Assembly: GCA_977017575.1 (NCBI GenBank)
Contig: CDRNVI010000091.1
Location: forward strand, 1 to 64,000
Direction: 5' to 3'
DNA length: 64,000 nucleotides
DNA from: Paramoeba atlantica
Lineage: Eukaryota; Protista; Discosea
Below the pieces are notes generated by a model. That model was not told where the DNA came from. It was given only the letters and a program-made list of their open reading frames with translations, and searched no databases. Positions 43,901-54,936 of the stretch are shown piece by piece. Each line of letters begins with the position of its first letter. The stretch's first letter is position 1. The position numbers and the translations under genes are program-made.

Positions 43901-46832
43901 AATTTCTCTTTCCCGAAAGAATATCTCGTCCACATCTGTCTCTATTCCTGATCATACAAATAGAATGGATCCCCTTCATACGAAAATTGATACAATGGAG
44001 ACAGACGAACAGACGCTTAATGAGTATGGCGCGCCTATAACTGTTGAATCTATAAAAAACGAACCGAGTGTCTTCGTGACTGAACAGCAACAATCCATTC
44101 TACCCAATGCGCGCATTTTCACGCAGGGCAGTATTGTTCCACAGTCAGAAATTATGTGTTCTTGTCGATTCGAATCAATCTACGACAAACCTCCAACACT
44201 TGTTTCACAGTCACATGATGGTCTGAAGGCTATATTCAAGCGTGAGAGGCACTTTGATGAATCTCCAATGGATACAAATAGATCTGAACCATCCACATCA
44301 AAGCTTACGCATCGAACCTTTCGTCGCGTACGAAAGACGAATGTTACGTCCCTACCCGATTCAAAGGAATCACCCTCCTTGATAATCTCGGATCCCGGTT
44401 CCGAGAACACGAACATTTCAAATGTGCAGCTGCAGGAGAATTCATCGACGAATGCGTCGATTCACGCTTCCTTACTTCAGATTCAAAATCTTCAGCACCT
44501 ACTTTGCTTTGGCCTAAAGCTATGCCACGCCGAAAATAACTCTCTTTCCACATGTATTGATGCAGCGACACAAGAGGGTATGAATTCGTTGCATCACTTG
44601 ACAAAAGCACTACAGGAAGTCTTACATCCAGCTGCTACATCTTCATTACCTTTACAGTCTATTCACTCCCCTTCCGAGCTTCAGCTGCACCTTTCCGACT
44701 CCATTGACATACCAAAACAAGATTTGGAAGACGCGGAGGAACGTCTGGAACGTTTGAGCGCGGAGAACCAAAAACTTATCCGAACCTTAGAACAACACCG
44801 AAAGGAGTGGCGCGAAGTCTCTACCCAACGTGGCAGCGAGTCTGCTTATCTTGCACCCCAACCTAAGATTGTCTCCGAGTTGTACAAAGAAATAGAAAAT
44901 CTTCGTGCGCAATGCACATCCATTGAATCATTCCTAGAAGGCACAATGAACGGAGCAACACGAAAGCTCCGCGAGGCAGAGGCTCGAGAGCGACAGTTTT
45001 GTCAGCAATTAGAAGCGGCACGCCCGAGATCAGTTTCCACAACGGAAGAGAACAGAAAATTACCATCTCCTTCGCTTGTGCCTACACAAATCGAGACTCT
45101 CTTCTCGTCGCCTCCTGACGCTTCTCAGGGCGTTGCCCTCCCCTCTGGCTTTGACTCCGTCTCCTTCACGGGTGGGAAGTGGGAAGAGCTCCTCTCTCAA
45201 GATACTTCCTACACTTTATTGCGTGCCTTGCTAAAGGATACCGCACTACGCACCGCACACGCCAGAGAGAAGGCTACCCAAGCGGAGAATGACGTTTTGC
45301 GTACCCAACTTTCCTTGTTGGAACATTCTCACGTCAGTTCTGACGTTTCCTCTGTGTGTTTAAATGCCGCGGGCCGATGCAGACTTGTGCGAAATTGCAT
45401 GTATGACCTGACACCCCATGAGGAGAGTGAAGAAAACCTTCCCGGCTCTCCTGAGTTTATCTCTCGCGACTTGGGATTCACCACACCCGATGAGGCTCTC
45501 TCTGAAAGCATGAAGAAAACAAATAAAATTCGTTCCTTAGCTACGCCCTCTAAAATGGAATGGGTCTCCCAGCCTGCTGCTGTCCCCTCTCTTGGGGGAA
45601 AAACCACCCACATTTCGACTCCTCTTAAATCGCTTCACGAAAGCGATACTCACCGCGTGCTCCCGATGCTACCTGAGGCCGAAACAAGTCACGTTCCCAC
45701 CCCTAACAAACGATTTGCTACCCGACGTGCTCCCACGCGGCCCGATCTTACCCCCTCCGTGTTACAGCAACAACTCTCCGAGCTTCGGAAGGAGAATCAA
45801 CGGCTAGCACAGGAAATCGACACCCACCGAGCCGCACATGACGCGCAGCTCGCGGAACACAAACAAGCCCTGGAGCATAGCTACGAGCAACGTATTCAGT
45901 TTGTGGAGGAGCATAAAAAGGAGGAAGTTGCTGCGCTGCATAACCTCGTGTCACAGCTGGAGAAGGATTTGACCGCTCAGCGCGTGGGGTCTGAGGCGAC
46001 GGCTCAGCTCGTGTCTCGCATCTCACGGATAGAACGTGAACTGCAGATTGAGCGATTTAAAGCGAGTCCAGAGGTTATCGGGGAGGTCAAGATAACGCAT
46101 GGGGAACCACATCATAGCAAAGGGAATACGGCTGCACAATCTACTCAATCATCCAACACGAAACTTTTACCCGCCAATACGGCACATATACAGACGTTCT
46201 ATCAGAATCGCGAGGCAAAGTATCAAACTCTGCTGGAGCTAAACCGTGAGTTAGTGTCGCAGCAGCAAGTACAACTCCATCAGACCTCCTTGGAGAAGAC
46301 GACAAAACCTTCCCCCGCACACGCTCGCACAGCGCTCTCCAGCACAATGACCGAAACGTTGACCATGGTGAAAAAACTTCGCGCGCTGGTGTACTACTTT
46401 GAGACCCGCCCCACTTTGCTGCGTTCAATCTACGAGATTCACCAAAGTCTACGAATGCTTCCGAAGTCGCTACACGCTTTTGCACGCGTCGCCGGAGTTC
46501 GCCCTTTGAGCCGCACCGAGGCACTTTCCCAGATTCAGGAGTTCCAGACTCAGGTGGAAGGAATTCGCCAGGGCTCCTGCTGGGTTCTTGGGAATCTCTT
46601 CACGTCGTACGAGTTGCAGCACATTGGCGCCTCCCCGGCTGTATTTCAGCCACAAGGGTTGCGCCCGACGTGGCGGGATATTACCCTCCCGGAGCGAGTA
46701 TCGCGTATGGTGCATCAATCGGTGCTACCCATCGCGCAGTCGGCATCTCAGGCGCACATCTCGGCTCGGAGTGAGCGCAGTGTCAGTACTCAAAGTGTCC
46801 GTAGTCGATCTCACTCGAGTGCGAGGAGATAG
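40968..46832 (+). CDS. WD40-repeat plus long coiled-coil protein
   Basis: GHRGAVRAL, LYSGGDDCSIKLWD, LWSASEDGTVRIWD followed by extensive heptad repeats. Likely ATG 40968 (ORF track 40854). Confidence 0.8.
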   Translation: MPSTHPPSPPPVPLPHNPSPPPPHYTLPTTSTHTRTRSASSSRPTTTTTTSSHRPSRPLSSRVVPTPPTTKPTNHTVTSTSRAAATTTAATTTATTTTAAITTTAATTTTAATTTAATTTTAATTTTLPPSHPPRSLSSPSVPPPFPSSPSSPLAPDPLPTAYDRNTAAHPRPPGFTHRTLLFVRRHAPRPPHELPAAAYFTGTGVVDTHPAVHARAMALVGDVVWVADRTGALRLYDFATGNPLRTTPGKRSMFVLCLLEVGVHVWAGFADGMVRVFDRSTLEVLKETREHAEGGGVQVMCHALRGRCVFTGSLDFLITMWDAVSCERMRILQGHRGAVRALQVHGNVLYSGGDDCSIKLWDLFSGSCCGNWEGHRGAVRALLGSGSQLWSASEDGTVRIWDIATPDTGSRGGCCVHRIQDPHTGPVTALLLVGSKVWSVCLATVFLWDLRTFELQGQFCAHTGYVTVSAVIHQSVCSRLWTCAADGELKVWNAESAWGGALHAATDQHAQETELHLEQSLAQCVAMRDRAGELGTELQRVRTQHAASVEAGRLLEKERNAALEKANTFHQELTLLGGLEQKASEAFQTKENECKSLQQHLDRQQKELKKFQRGELIFSEHSTRCFLEQDEQRAMRLCWEDWNNGLLKKLCDDQKFHDAYVRSVEKVRQHLEDEKHMNKELHNVCVTARCENTELLAKIADAEHSIVIMKGHKEECEGVRADLKNVEKQLEEKNVEATHFKHECEIFTIERHELTDAIRNLKNVLGEKQRLLDQQEATTSSFLKLKIEHGEQARLFDKTLKENEALRAENTTLQTKATDLQELTMTTKQEYHVEREMSHSKLMELQKDNCTLSDTKGVLQSRINNLIEENEEQRTCIEALMHTIDEDKKELIALNITKESQDEALSTVSKIAVQYVSEINSGRDSVSSRTFDETEEPSEEQTKTKEKKNNFGDIAIQRVTELVSSLYLRGNSGGHAQISLSRKNISSTSVSIPDHTNRMDPLHTKIDTMETDEQTLNEYGAPITVESIKNEPSVFVTEQQQSILPNARIFTQGSIVPQSEIMCSCRFESIYDKPPTLVSQSHDGLKAIFKRERHFDESPMDTNRSEPSTSKLTHRTFRRVRKTNVTSLPDSKESPSLIISDPGSENTNISNVQLQENSSTNASIHASLLQIQNLQHLLCFGLKLCHAENNSLSTCIDAATQEGMNSLHHLTKALQEVLHPAATSSLPLQSIHSPSELQLHLSDSIDIPKQDLEDAEERLERLSAENQKLIRTLEQHRKEWREVSTQRGSESAYLAPQPKIVSELYKEIENLRAQCTSIESFLEGTMNGATRKLREAEARERQFCQQLEAARPRSVSTTEENRKLPSPSLVPTQIETLFSSPPDASQGVALPSGFDSVSFTGGKWEELLSQDTSYTLLRALLKDTALRTAHAREKATQAENDVLRTQLSLLEHSHVSSDVSSVCLNAAGRCRLVRNCMYDLTPHEESEENLPGSPEFISRDLGFTTPDEALSESMKKTNKIRSLATPSKMEWVSQPAAVPSLGGKTTHISTPLKSLHESDTHRVLPMLPEAETSHVPTPNKRFATRRAPTRPDLTPSVLQQQLSELRKENQRLAQEIDTHRAAHDAQLAEHKQALEHSYEQRIQFVEEHKKEEVAALHNLVSQLEKDLTAQRVGSEATAQLVSRISRIERELQIERFKASPEVIGEVKITHGEPHHSKGNTAAQSTQSSNTKLLPANTAHIQTFYQNREAKYQTLLELNRELVSQQQVQLHQTSLEKTTKPSPAHARTALSSTMTETLTMVKKLRALVYYFETRPTLLRSIYEIHQSLRMLPKSLHAFARVAGVRPLSRTEALSQIQEFQTQVEGIRQGSCWVLGNLFTSYELQHIGASPAVFQPQGLRPTWRDITLPERVSRMVHQSVLPIAQSASQAHISARSERSVSTQSVRSRSHSSARR
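41215..41348 (+). repeat. coding (CAC/CAG/AAC)n low-complexity repeat
   Basis: AGCAACCACCAC-like units, read as poly-Thr/Ala in the WD40 frame. Confidence 0.85.
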
Positions 46833-47209
46833 AGGCTGCTTGGGCTTCGTATTTTTTGGGTCGCTTTTCATAATGTTCTAGCAATACGTTTTTAGCAATA
46901 GATACACATGTAGACAAGGAATAGAATAACTTTTTAGAGGCACATATTTTCCTGTGCCGTGTAGGGTCTTACTTGCGTAGAGGTCTCTTGTGATATATTA
47001 CGTGGTGGTCTATCGTATAGAGTTTTACTGAATCACGTATTTGAGAAAACATGAAGTGGTACGGTTTTTTTTGACCCCCTCCATCTATTAGCGTTGCTTT
47101 TTAGCAAGATCTGGCAACGCTAAGAGGGAAGGATGCCTCTCTTTCTTAACCTCTTCCTCCATCTTCATCTCTCGTTCTACTTATTTTTTTGTAAAATACC
47201 GCCTATCTA

Positions 47210-47968
47210 ATGCCCCTCCTTGTACGCAGCTCTGATCGCCCTCCCCGACGCTCCGCTCCCAGCCGTGTTGATCGAACGCTCCTCCCCATGGAGATACGTC
47301 TCGAGGCCCTCATCGCTCCTCTACAAACCCCCCACCCTAGCTGGAAATCAACCACCTCCAAGCTATTCTTTGGCACAGTCCCTGTTTCGATCTGCGCATG
47401 GCATGGTGTGGTTTGTGAATCCGATAAAACCCCGGTCTCCATGGATTGGAGCTTTCTGCAGCTCCAGGGGAACCTCTCTTTGGGTTACCTCCCGCTGAGC
47501 ATTCATACACTGTATCTCATGGGAAACGAGCACCTCTCCGGGGATATTCCTTGCGCGCAGCTCCCGCCCTCGCTACGGCATCTCGAGGCGGATAAGTGTG
47601 CATTCGTGGGAGAGCTCGATTTGTCGTGTCTTCCACAGTCCTTGGTGAATTTCTCCGTGGAGTGTAATTACCTCTCCGGCACGGTGGTGTTGTCCCACCT
47701 ACCTGTCTCGCTTCGAAGGCTAGTGTTACGAAACAACGAGTTTCACGGTCCCATCTCCCTCGCCCATCTGCCCCCGCACCTTGAGGTTCTCCGTCTGGAC
47801 ACGAATCACTTCAATGGAGTGGTTGATTTGACTCCACTACTCCGTCGGGGGGCGGTGCGACGGCTTATTTATCTTCACCAGAACAACTTTGCGGGATACA
47901 CCCCAGAACTAGAAGAGCTTCCGGAAGGGGTGTGTTGGAAACCTCAGACGGTGTCCATGTGTACTTGA
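47210..47968 (+). CDS. leucine-rich repeat protein, last host-type gene in the window
   Basis: SRVDRTLLPMEIRL, ICAWHGVVC cap, LPPSL-type LRRs. Confidence 0.87.
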   Translation: MPLLVRSSDRPPRRSAPSRVDRTLLPMEIRLEALIAPLQTPHPSWKSTTSKLFFGTVPVSICAWHGVVCESDKTPVSMDWSFLQLQGNLSLGYLPLSIHTLYLMGNEHLSGDIPCAQLPPSLRHLEADKCAFVGELDLSCLPQSLVNFSVECNYLSGTVVLSHLPVSLRRLVLRNNEFHGPISLAHLPPHLEVLRLDTNHFNGVVDLTPLLRRGAVRRLIYLHQNNFAGYTPELEELPEGVCWKPQTVSMCT

Positions 47969-48589
47969 CCCACAGTGTGGTCATACAAACTAGTTTAAAT
48001 TGAGGGAGATACTACCCCCTCGCTACCGTATATTAATTCACACCCTGGGGGTAAGTGGACTTATTGTCGATGAAAGTAATCAAAGGTGCTATTGCAATAA
48101 ACTAGCTTTTTGTCAAGTCTTCAACTGTTATACCTTATCCTTGATGATGATGAACTGGGCCGTTTGACTCCGAAGAGTTATGGGCCCTCGACTCTCCAAG
48201 TGGGAAGGTCCGATAAATCGGTCGAAGTCAGCCACAGCAAGCTGTGACTGGCGCTCCACTTGGAGAGGAGAAGTTCTTCCCGTAGGGAATCCAATGAACA
48301 AAGCTCGGATAGGTGGGGTTCGCTACTCCCCAACGTGGCTCAAGAAAGTTGAACCACGACCCTGCCTAATATTTTGGCTGTGCATGGATTTTACCCTAGT
48401 TTCTTGGCGTCTTTTTTTGTTGACACCGGGTAACTCCATGCGCGGGAAATACCTCTGCCCTAGTTGTTTAGCACTTTGTTGTGTCGGTGCCGGGCAGTTT
48501 CTTTCCGCGATATTCCTCACACCCTAGTTCTGTAGCGCCTTGTTTTATTGGCGCCGGGTGCGGGAATAAAAGGGCGGGAGGTAACACAA

Positions 48590-48680
48590 GGGGCGGCACA
48601 GAGAGCGCAAGAGAGGGCGGCACAGGGGGCGACGCAGGGAGCGGAAGAGAGGGCGGCACGGGGAGCGGCACAGGGGGGGG
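48590..48680. repeat. G-rich short tandem repeats (GGCGGCACAG...)
   Basis: Several GGCGGCAC and GAGAGGGCGGCAC copies. Confidence 0.6.
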
Positions 48681-49703
48681 AATGTTAAAAAACGCATGTC
48701 CCATGGCGACGTTTTAGACGGATATAGGCCACTGTGCAAGTTTACCCTCCCTGTGGGTGCCACAGGATGGCACGAAATGGCACAGGATGGCACGACGAGT
48801 CTAGTTTTAGGAATCTTCATCCTCCTAAGTAGCATTTTAAATTGGAGTAAATTTTCGGATGCTCTTTTGCACTGTAGTTTTGCATATTGTCTGATAATTC
48901 ATAATTTGGGGGTGTATTTACGTCACGAGTGTGGAGTTAAGTAAGCACAATCTTCCAGCTACCCTAATCTTCTCTTGCGAAAAAAGCGCGGTTGTAGTGA
49001 TGATGACCATTTCTACTTAGACCATTTCATTGTTTATGATAAGAATTGTACGGAAAGAACGGCTTCTTCTGATTCTCTTCACCTCACTATCATGACTGAA
49101 CAATGGAGAGAGTAGAATTTACAAGACTATTGTCATTTCGACCATGAAATACATATATACAACTGTATGTACAACTACAAGGCGGGATATAGAATTGGTG
49201 ATACTCACACTAAATTTTTGGACTAGCAGATAATTACACTGAACAATGTAGTAATCGGTAGTAATTTACCACATCGAATACTCCAGGGCATGTAAATCCG
49301 ACATTTGCGTGCGGGAAATCACTCGTAGGCATGAATGAAAGCCTACCGAACGTATTGGGTAGAGAATACGACTCCAACCGCACCATTCTTTCAACACGAA
49401 AAGGCCTTCTTCTCCTAGGGGAAAAGGTCATGATGACACAAATGGCGAAAAGCTTGGGTCCGAGCAAAGCTTCTCGCGAATGGGAAAGAGTTCATGGTAC
49501 GTTTCACTCAATTTTCTTTGTGAAATGAGTGACTAAATGAAACTTTTCTTCAATGGGCGTGTTTTTTTAGCAAACAGTAAGAATTGGCAAAGTTTGGTAA
49601 AAAAGTGAACATATGTTGTGGCAACATACGTTGTGTCAACAAAAGTCGTGTTAATCCCAGAAATTAACACGACTTTTGTTGACACAACTTAATTTCCCCC
49701 CTG

Positions 49704-50732
49704 TATCGCTATTGCGAATGTTGCACTTTCTTTGAAACAAAGAAAGGAAAGAAAAGGGCATGTGTTACCCTCAAGCACAGTGCTAGCAAGCACAAAAGTG
49801 AAGCTCAGATTTACGAGCAATGGCAACATTGTGTTGCTAAAGAAGGTGAATTATACACCTGCAAAGAATGTGCAAAAGCGAGCATTCGGGTGGAACTGAC
49901 AGTTCCCCTGATGAAGCGGCACTTACAGGAACATTCAAAAGGATTACACACCATTTGTGAACTTTGTTCCTTTTTTCAAGAATTCATGGGAAAACCCCCC
50001 GTTTTGAGCGTACCGTATCACAACAAGTGCGTGAAACACAAGCGTGAAAAAGAAATTTTTGACGCATGGAAAAACCTTCGAATTGAAGGTGACATTGCCA
50101 ATGGCTTTCGATGCACAGCATGTGCAGGAACATATGGCGATCAAAACCCTGAGAGTCACATTTTCAAGTATGACGACATGCGTAAACATGTTTTAGAACA
50201 TAGGCGCGGGGATCATTCCCATTGCAAAGAATGCTCCTTCTTCGAGGAGTTGCAAGGGAAACCTCCCATACGATGTACTCGAAATCACCTCTCTAGTAAG
50301 AATCACCTTACCGAGAAGGCATTGTATGACATGTGGATGGACCTTGAGGTGCAAGGTACCATGTCTGCAGGCTCTCAATGCACGAAATGTGCTACAACAC
50401 AGGATCGAAACCCTTCGTCATACACGTTTATGTACGACTGCATGCGCAAACATGTTTTCGAACATGGGCGCGGAGACCACGACATTTGTGAAGCATGCTC
50501 CTTTTTCGTGGGTACGCAAGGACAACGTCCTATCTTGAAAACTCGAGATCATATTTCGAGTATCAGCCACGAACACGAACAGCAACTGTTCGAACTGTGG
50601 AACGAGCTTCCCATAGCTCACGCAAGCTCGGGCACGGAAGCCGGTTACAAGTGTCTTGCGGATGCTTGTTCCGGTGAAGTGATGAGCCTCGGCGCTGCAA
50701 GAAAGCACGTCGAAAAAAGCAGGGGTCCCTAA
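49704..50732 (+). pseudogene. 5'-truncated tandem zinc-finger repeat ORF related to the Helitron N-terminus
   Basis: About four ~70-aa units CxxCxFF...H..SxxH...W...CxxC...MRKHVxxH. The frame is open back to ~49704, where it abuts a CCCCCCTG|TA element end. Confidence 0.65.
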
Positions 50733-50775
50733 AACTTTAAAAACTTTATTATAGTACTTTTATAGTACTAGAAAC

Positions 50776-52146
50776 TTTTTTAGGCTCTTCGTTAAACGCG
50801 GTGGTTGTTTTCAACTTAGAAGTCACTCATGCTATGCGCTTCACGTTGAAAACTACCACCGCGTTTAACGAAGAGCCTAAAAAAGAAAAATATCCAAAAG
50901 ATCATGAATAATCTACTTTTTTGGAGGTAAAAGCTCGATTTTTCGGCAAAGATTGCGAAAATTTACACCGAATTTGGGCTATTTTGGATGCCTTCCCAGT
51001 AGGGGCAGGAGTCGAATCTGTCGATAAAAACGTCGTAGAATGGTAGCTGAGGTCCCAAACTCTTAAAATACGATTTAGGAGTCGATTTGGGAAAAATAAT
51101 ATTTTTACTTTTTTTGGGTCAAAAAATCTTTTGGGTCAAAAATCTTTTTTGGTCACCCTAAAAATTTCGGAATTTTTGACCTTTTCGGACCCCTCCTGCG
51201 CGTACCAGGCGGGGGGGGTACCCCCAGGGGGTATGGAAAATTGCGGTGGTTGTAAAACTACCGCTCTACACTCGATTATTGAAAAAAAAGTGAACAAAAA
51301 CAGTGAAAATATAAAGAGGAACACAGTAATATAATAGAAGAAAAAAATATAAAAGGGGGCTCCGGTGGTCCAAAACTGAAAAAAAAATTTGAAAAAAATG
51401 GGGGGTCCAGGGGGGGGGTCCAGGGGGGGGGTCCAGGGGGGGGGGGGCATGGTCGAGCAAATTTTTTCGAAAAAATTAGTTTTCGAAAAAAAACCGCAGA
51501 AAGGGTAGCCGGGGTCTTGGCGCGCATTTTCCACCCCCCTACCCGGGGGTGACCCCCCCGCGTATCCGCAGGACGGGTCCGCCAAGTTCGGATTTTTTCG
51601 GAAAAAATTTTTTGAAAAAAATTTCAACTTGGCGAAAAAAATGACAAAAAAAATATTTTTCCAAAATCGTTTCCCCTATTGTATTTTGATAGTTTGGGAC
51701 CTACACTAGCTTTCTACGCAGTTGTTTTCGCAAGGTATCACTTCTTCGAACTGTGGTGCGCCCCCCAAAATGACCCATTTTTGACTAAAAAAGGTGAAAA
51801 AGTATTTTTCGGACCTAAAGGGGCATTTTTGTGTCGAAAGAATGGTATGGTTGGAGTCGCATTCTCTACCCAATACGTTCGGTAGGCTTTCATTCATGCC
51901 TGCGAGTGATTTCCCACGCGCAAATGTCGGATTTAGTGCTCTGAGAGCAAAAATATGCGAAAATGACCCCATTTGTACCCGAAATTCGGCTATTTTTGGC
52001 TATAATGTTTCCGTTTTCCAGGCTAAATTTTCTTTTTTAGGCTCTTCGTTAAACGCGGTGGTGGTTTTCAACTCGGAGAGCGTAGCATGAGTGACTTCTA
52101 AGTTGAAAACAACCACCGCGTTTAACGAAGAGCCTAAAAAAGAAAA
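50776..52146. mobile_element. foldback-like element with cruciform hairpins at both ends
   Basis: 40-45-bp stem/29-nt loop hairpins in opposite orientation at 50776-50884 and 52028-52146; inner IRs at ~51188-51244 and ~51524-51580; imperfectly inverted arms. Confidence 0.6.
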
Positions 52147-52379
52147 TATTGAAACTTCCATCTTTCGATGTGTCATGTTCGACAATTTCTGTAAAACTAA
52201 GCACTCTGTGCTCTGAATTCAGATCGCCTTTGAAGGTGGTCATTGGCTGCGCGAAGTGCTGGCACAATGTACACAGGTGGACCAATGTCCTTGCTCATGT
52301 CGGTGTGCTAGCTGCTTCGTTAAAAAGCGGGGGTTGTTGTCAAACGGGGCTTCGCAAATTCCTTCCCACTAACGACGCC

Positions 52380-52570
52380 GGGGCCTTCGCTACTACACAT
52401 GTATTGCATCTTACGCAAGCAGTGAGTGTTTCATTTTATGGAACGGTGATGTATCCCCATTTAGTGTCTTGTGTCGGGCCCTGGTTATTGCGCAGAAGCA
52501 CAATCAGAGACCGTTCATCAAACACTGGCCAAATGGTATCATTTTTAATCGGCCGTGTTGGAGGCTTGAG
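52380..52570 (-). pseudogene. degenerate Helitron Rep-domain segment
   Basis: GYITVP*NETLTACVRCNTCV resembles the Rep motif xxxYNxxLxxxxRCNxD. Confidence 0.45.
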
Positions 52571-52869
52571 CCGGATCTGGCTCTTCTTGAGCTAGTTCAG
52601 CTCTTTACTTCTTTACGCTGACAATTCCTGCATAGGAGAAGAACTGCACAATCATTTTCGGTGATCATTAGATGGGCCTCTACGATACCGTTGTCGAACT
52701 CTATATCAGAGTCTTGAGATGTTTGCCAGGAACTTCATTACACCGTTCATATTGATCCATGTGAAGCTATGGCTCATGTACTCGGAGGGTTGGCCGAGAC
52801 AAAAGGCAGTTGCCATTTCGATTGAAATTTCCATCTTTCGATGTGTCATGTTCGACAATTTCTGTAAAA

Positions 52870-54378
52870 CTATTCGGTAAGAAGAGTACGGATTTGCCGT
52901 TTGAAAATTCTAGTGGATCTGACAGGATACCATGGCACAAGCTCAGACCGCTTGAGAAGGTTGGCCCGCATTTCCTGCATTTTCTCGCTCTCATCATTCG
53001 TAAAGATTCTTAAATCTAGAACGTTATCGTTCATGTTTGGACTCACTGTGATCCAGTAAGTTGGCAGTCCGCATCGCCTGTATAAGTCGTAGATCTGACT
53101 TTGTGATGCCTTTCGCTTTGCTGGCGAAAAGGGTATCGTTTTTGCGCATACTTGCACAAATGGCAGAAACTTTGTTTCCAGAAGTTTCGCCTCGGAACTG
53201 TTTGGGTTCCTTATAGCCTGTTGTACAATGTGATGGAAAGCATCAGCCTTGCAAAAATTCATGAGGCTTCTGTGCGTATCTTTGTTATACTTCAGATTTT
53301 GCACTACTGCTGATGAGACTGCACGGCGCCGAAGCACATCGTAGCAGTAAAATATGAATCCAGCATTCTTTGCAAATCGGGAATCCGATTGCTCTAGAAT
53401 TTCCTTGATTTCATATAGTTCAAACGTTGAACCCTTAAAAGGGTACTTTTGCATCAGCGTCGGAAATGCTCCGAGCAAGATGTTTTCCATGTCGGTATAC
53501 TCATTGAGTAAACCTTCTTTTTGTTTCAGTTGCATCGCCACGGCATGCGTAATTTGCGCACCCGCCGGCGCATTGCTTACAGGGCTGTGATCAGTTACAA
53601 AAGATCGTGTGATCTCACCGCGAGGATCGCGATGTAACGTATCGGAAGCCACTGCTTGGGTGACCATACTGTTGATGGCGTTTTCACCCTCTTGGGAAAC
53701 AGATCTATCCCAAAGATGTGAGACAACGTCTCTACAATGTTGCTCGGTAACAACGTTGATCTTTCCTTCCTCTTTCAGTTGAGCATACACGTGGTTATGC
53801 TCACAGAGGAAGTGTACCCAGGTGTTCGGAGTCTCTGATTTCACCCCGAATATGCCACTCAGCTGTGCAGAACATAGTCTTTGACTACGTTTCGTTCTCC
53901 GTTCGTTGGCTATCCAAACAATTTGGATGTTCTTAATCGCGCCCTCGAGATCAGGAACTCTTTCGAGTTGCAAGAGCTCAAGGGTTTCGCGTGCTGTAGC
54001 CGTCACGTGTCCAGTGAATTTCGTGTCTGGCCTTAAGGATGCGGCATATGCGCCACCTTTCCTATATACACTGATGATTGTGCAGTGTAAAAACACCTTT
54101 TGAAGAAGGATCTCTTCTACCAGCGTGGGTATTGGAAGGTGATTTGTAGAAGGTTGTTCTACTGGACCGCGGGGAATTCTCCCTTTTTTGTCCATTATTC
54201 TTTGATCCCTTGCACAAAGTTGCGCTTCGGGATTCGGAATGTCACTTTCGAGAAGAATAACTTTACAAGAATCACAACTTGTATCACAACTTGCGATACG
54301 TTGATCGTCGTTCATTCTCTTTTTGTACCTTTTCATGCACTCTTCTTGAGCTTCCGTACTGACTGAAAAATCTTCCAA
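52870..54378 (-). pseudogene. Helitron Rep-Hel fragment (DUF6570-like plus Helitron_like_N region)
   Basis: PTLVEEILLQKV...GHV; AFPTL...SDSRFAKNAGFIFYCYDVLRR; QIYDLYRRCGLPTYWITVSP. Confidence 0.75.
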
Positions 54379-54936
54379 AGGAAGACGATCAATGTAGGAA
54401 GTCTCATAGAAGTATTTGAGTGCGTCTTTTGGATTGCGCTCAATGTCAAAACGTGTTCGACGTGAGCCATCTCCATTGACTTCGTATGTGTCAAAATTGA
54501 CAATACGTTTCGCGATGCAACATCGTTCAAGCCAGCACCGAAGTTCATTGGCTGAAGATTCTTTTCATATTTCGTTTGTGTGAAAGATGGTATTTTCACA
54601 CATCTAGCATATGCTGCACTGTCAATAGTGCTAGCATTCGTCACATTCGTGACAGTTGCAGGAGAAAAAAACGCACCTTTAGGACCACTCGAGCGCCCCC
54701 TCTTTTTTTTGCAAAGCGATTTGCAAACCCCAATTTTCCAGAGGGAACATGTTTTGACTATGTAACCCAGGTCGAAGGGGACGAGGGCGATACCAATAGT
54801 GTAGGTGCGACAGTTTCCCACAGGAAATACGGTATCTCCCTTATGGCATGAAGGCAAGGCTCCGAAAAAGGTGGAGATGCCGTTTTTCCCGAGGGAAACT
54901 GCCGCACTTGCACTATTGGTATCTCCCTCGTCCCCT

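Noticed and set aside
48180-48527. Possible methyltransferase or transposase remnant (minus-strand IRALFIGFP; SWFNFLEPRWG)
   Set aside because: Single short motif-like words with stops and no supporting second motif.
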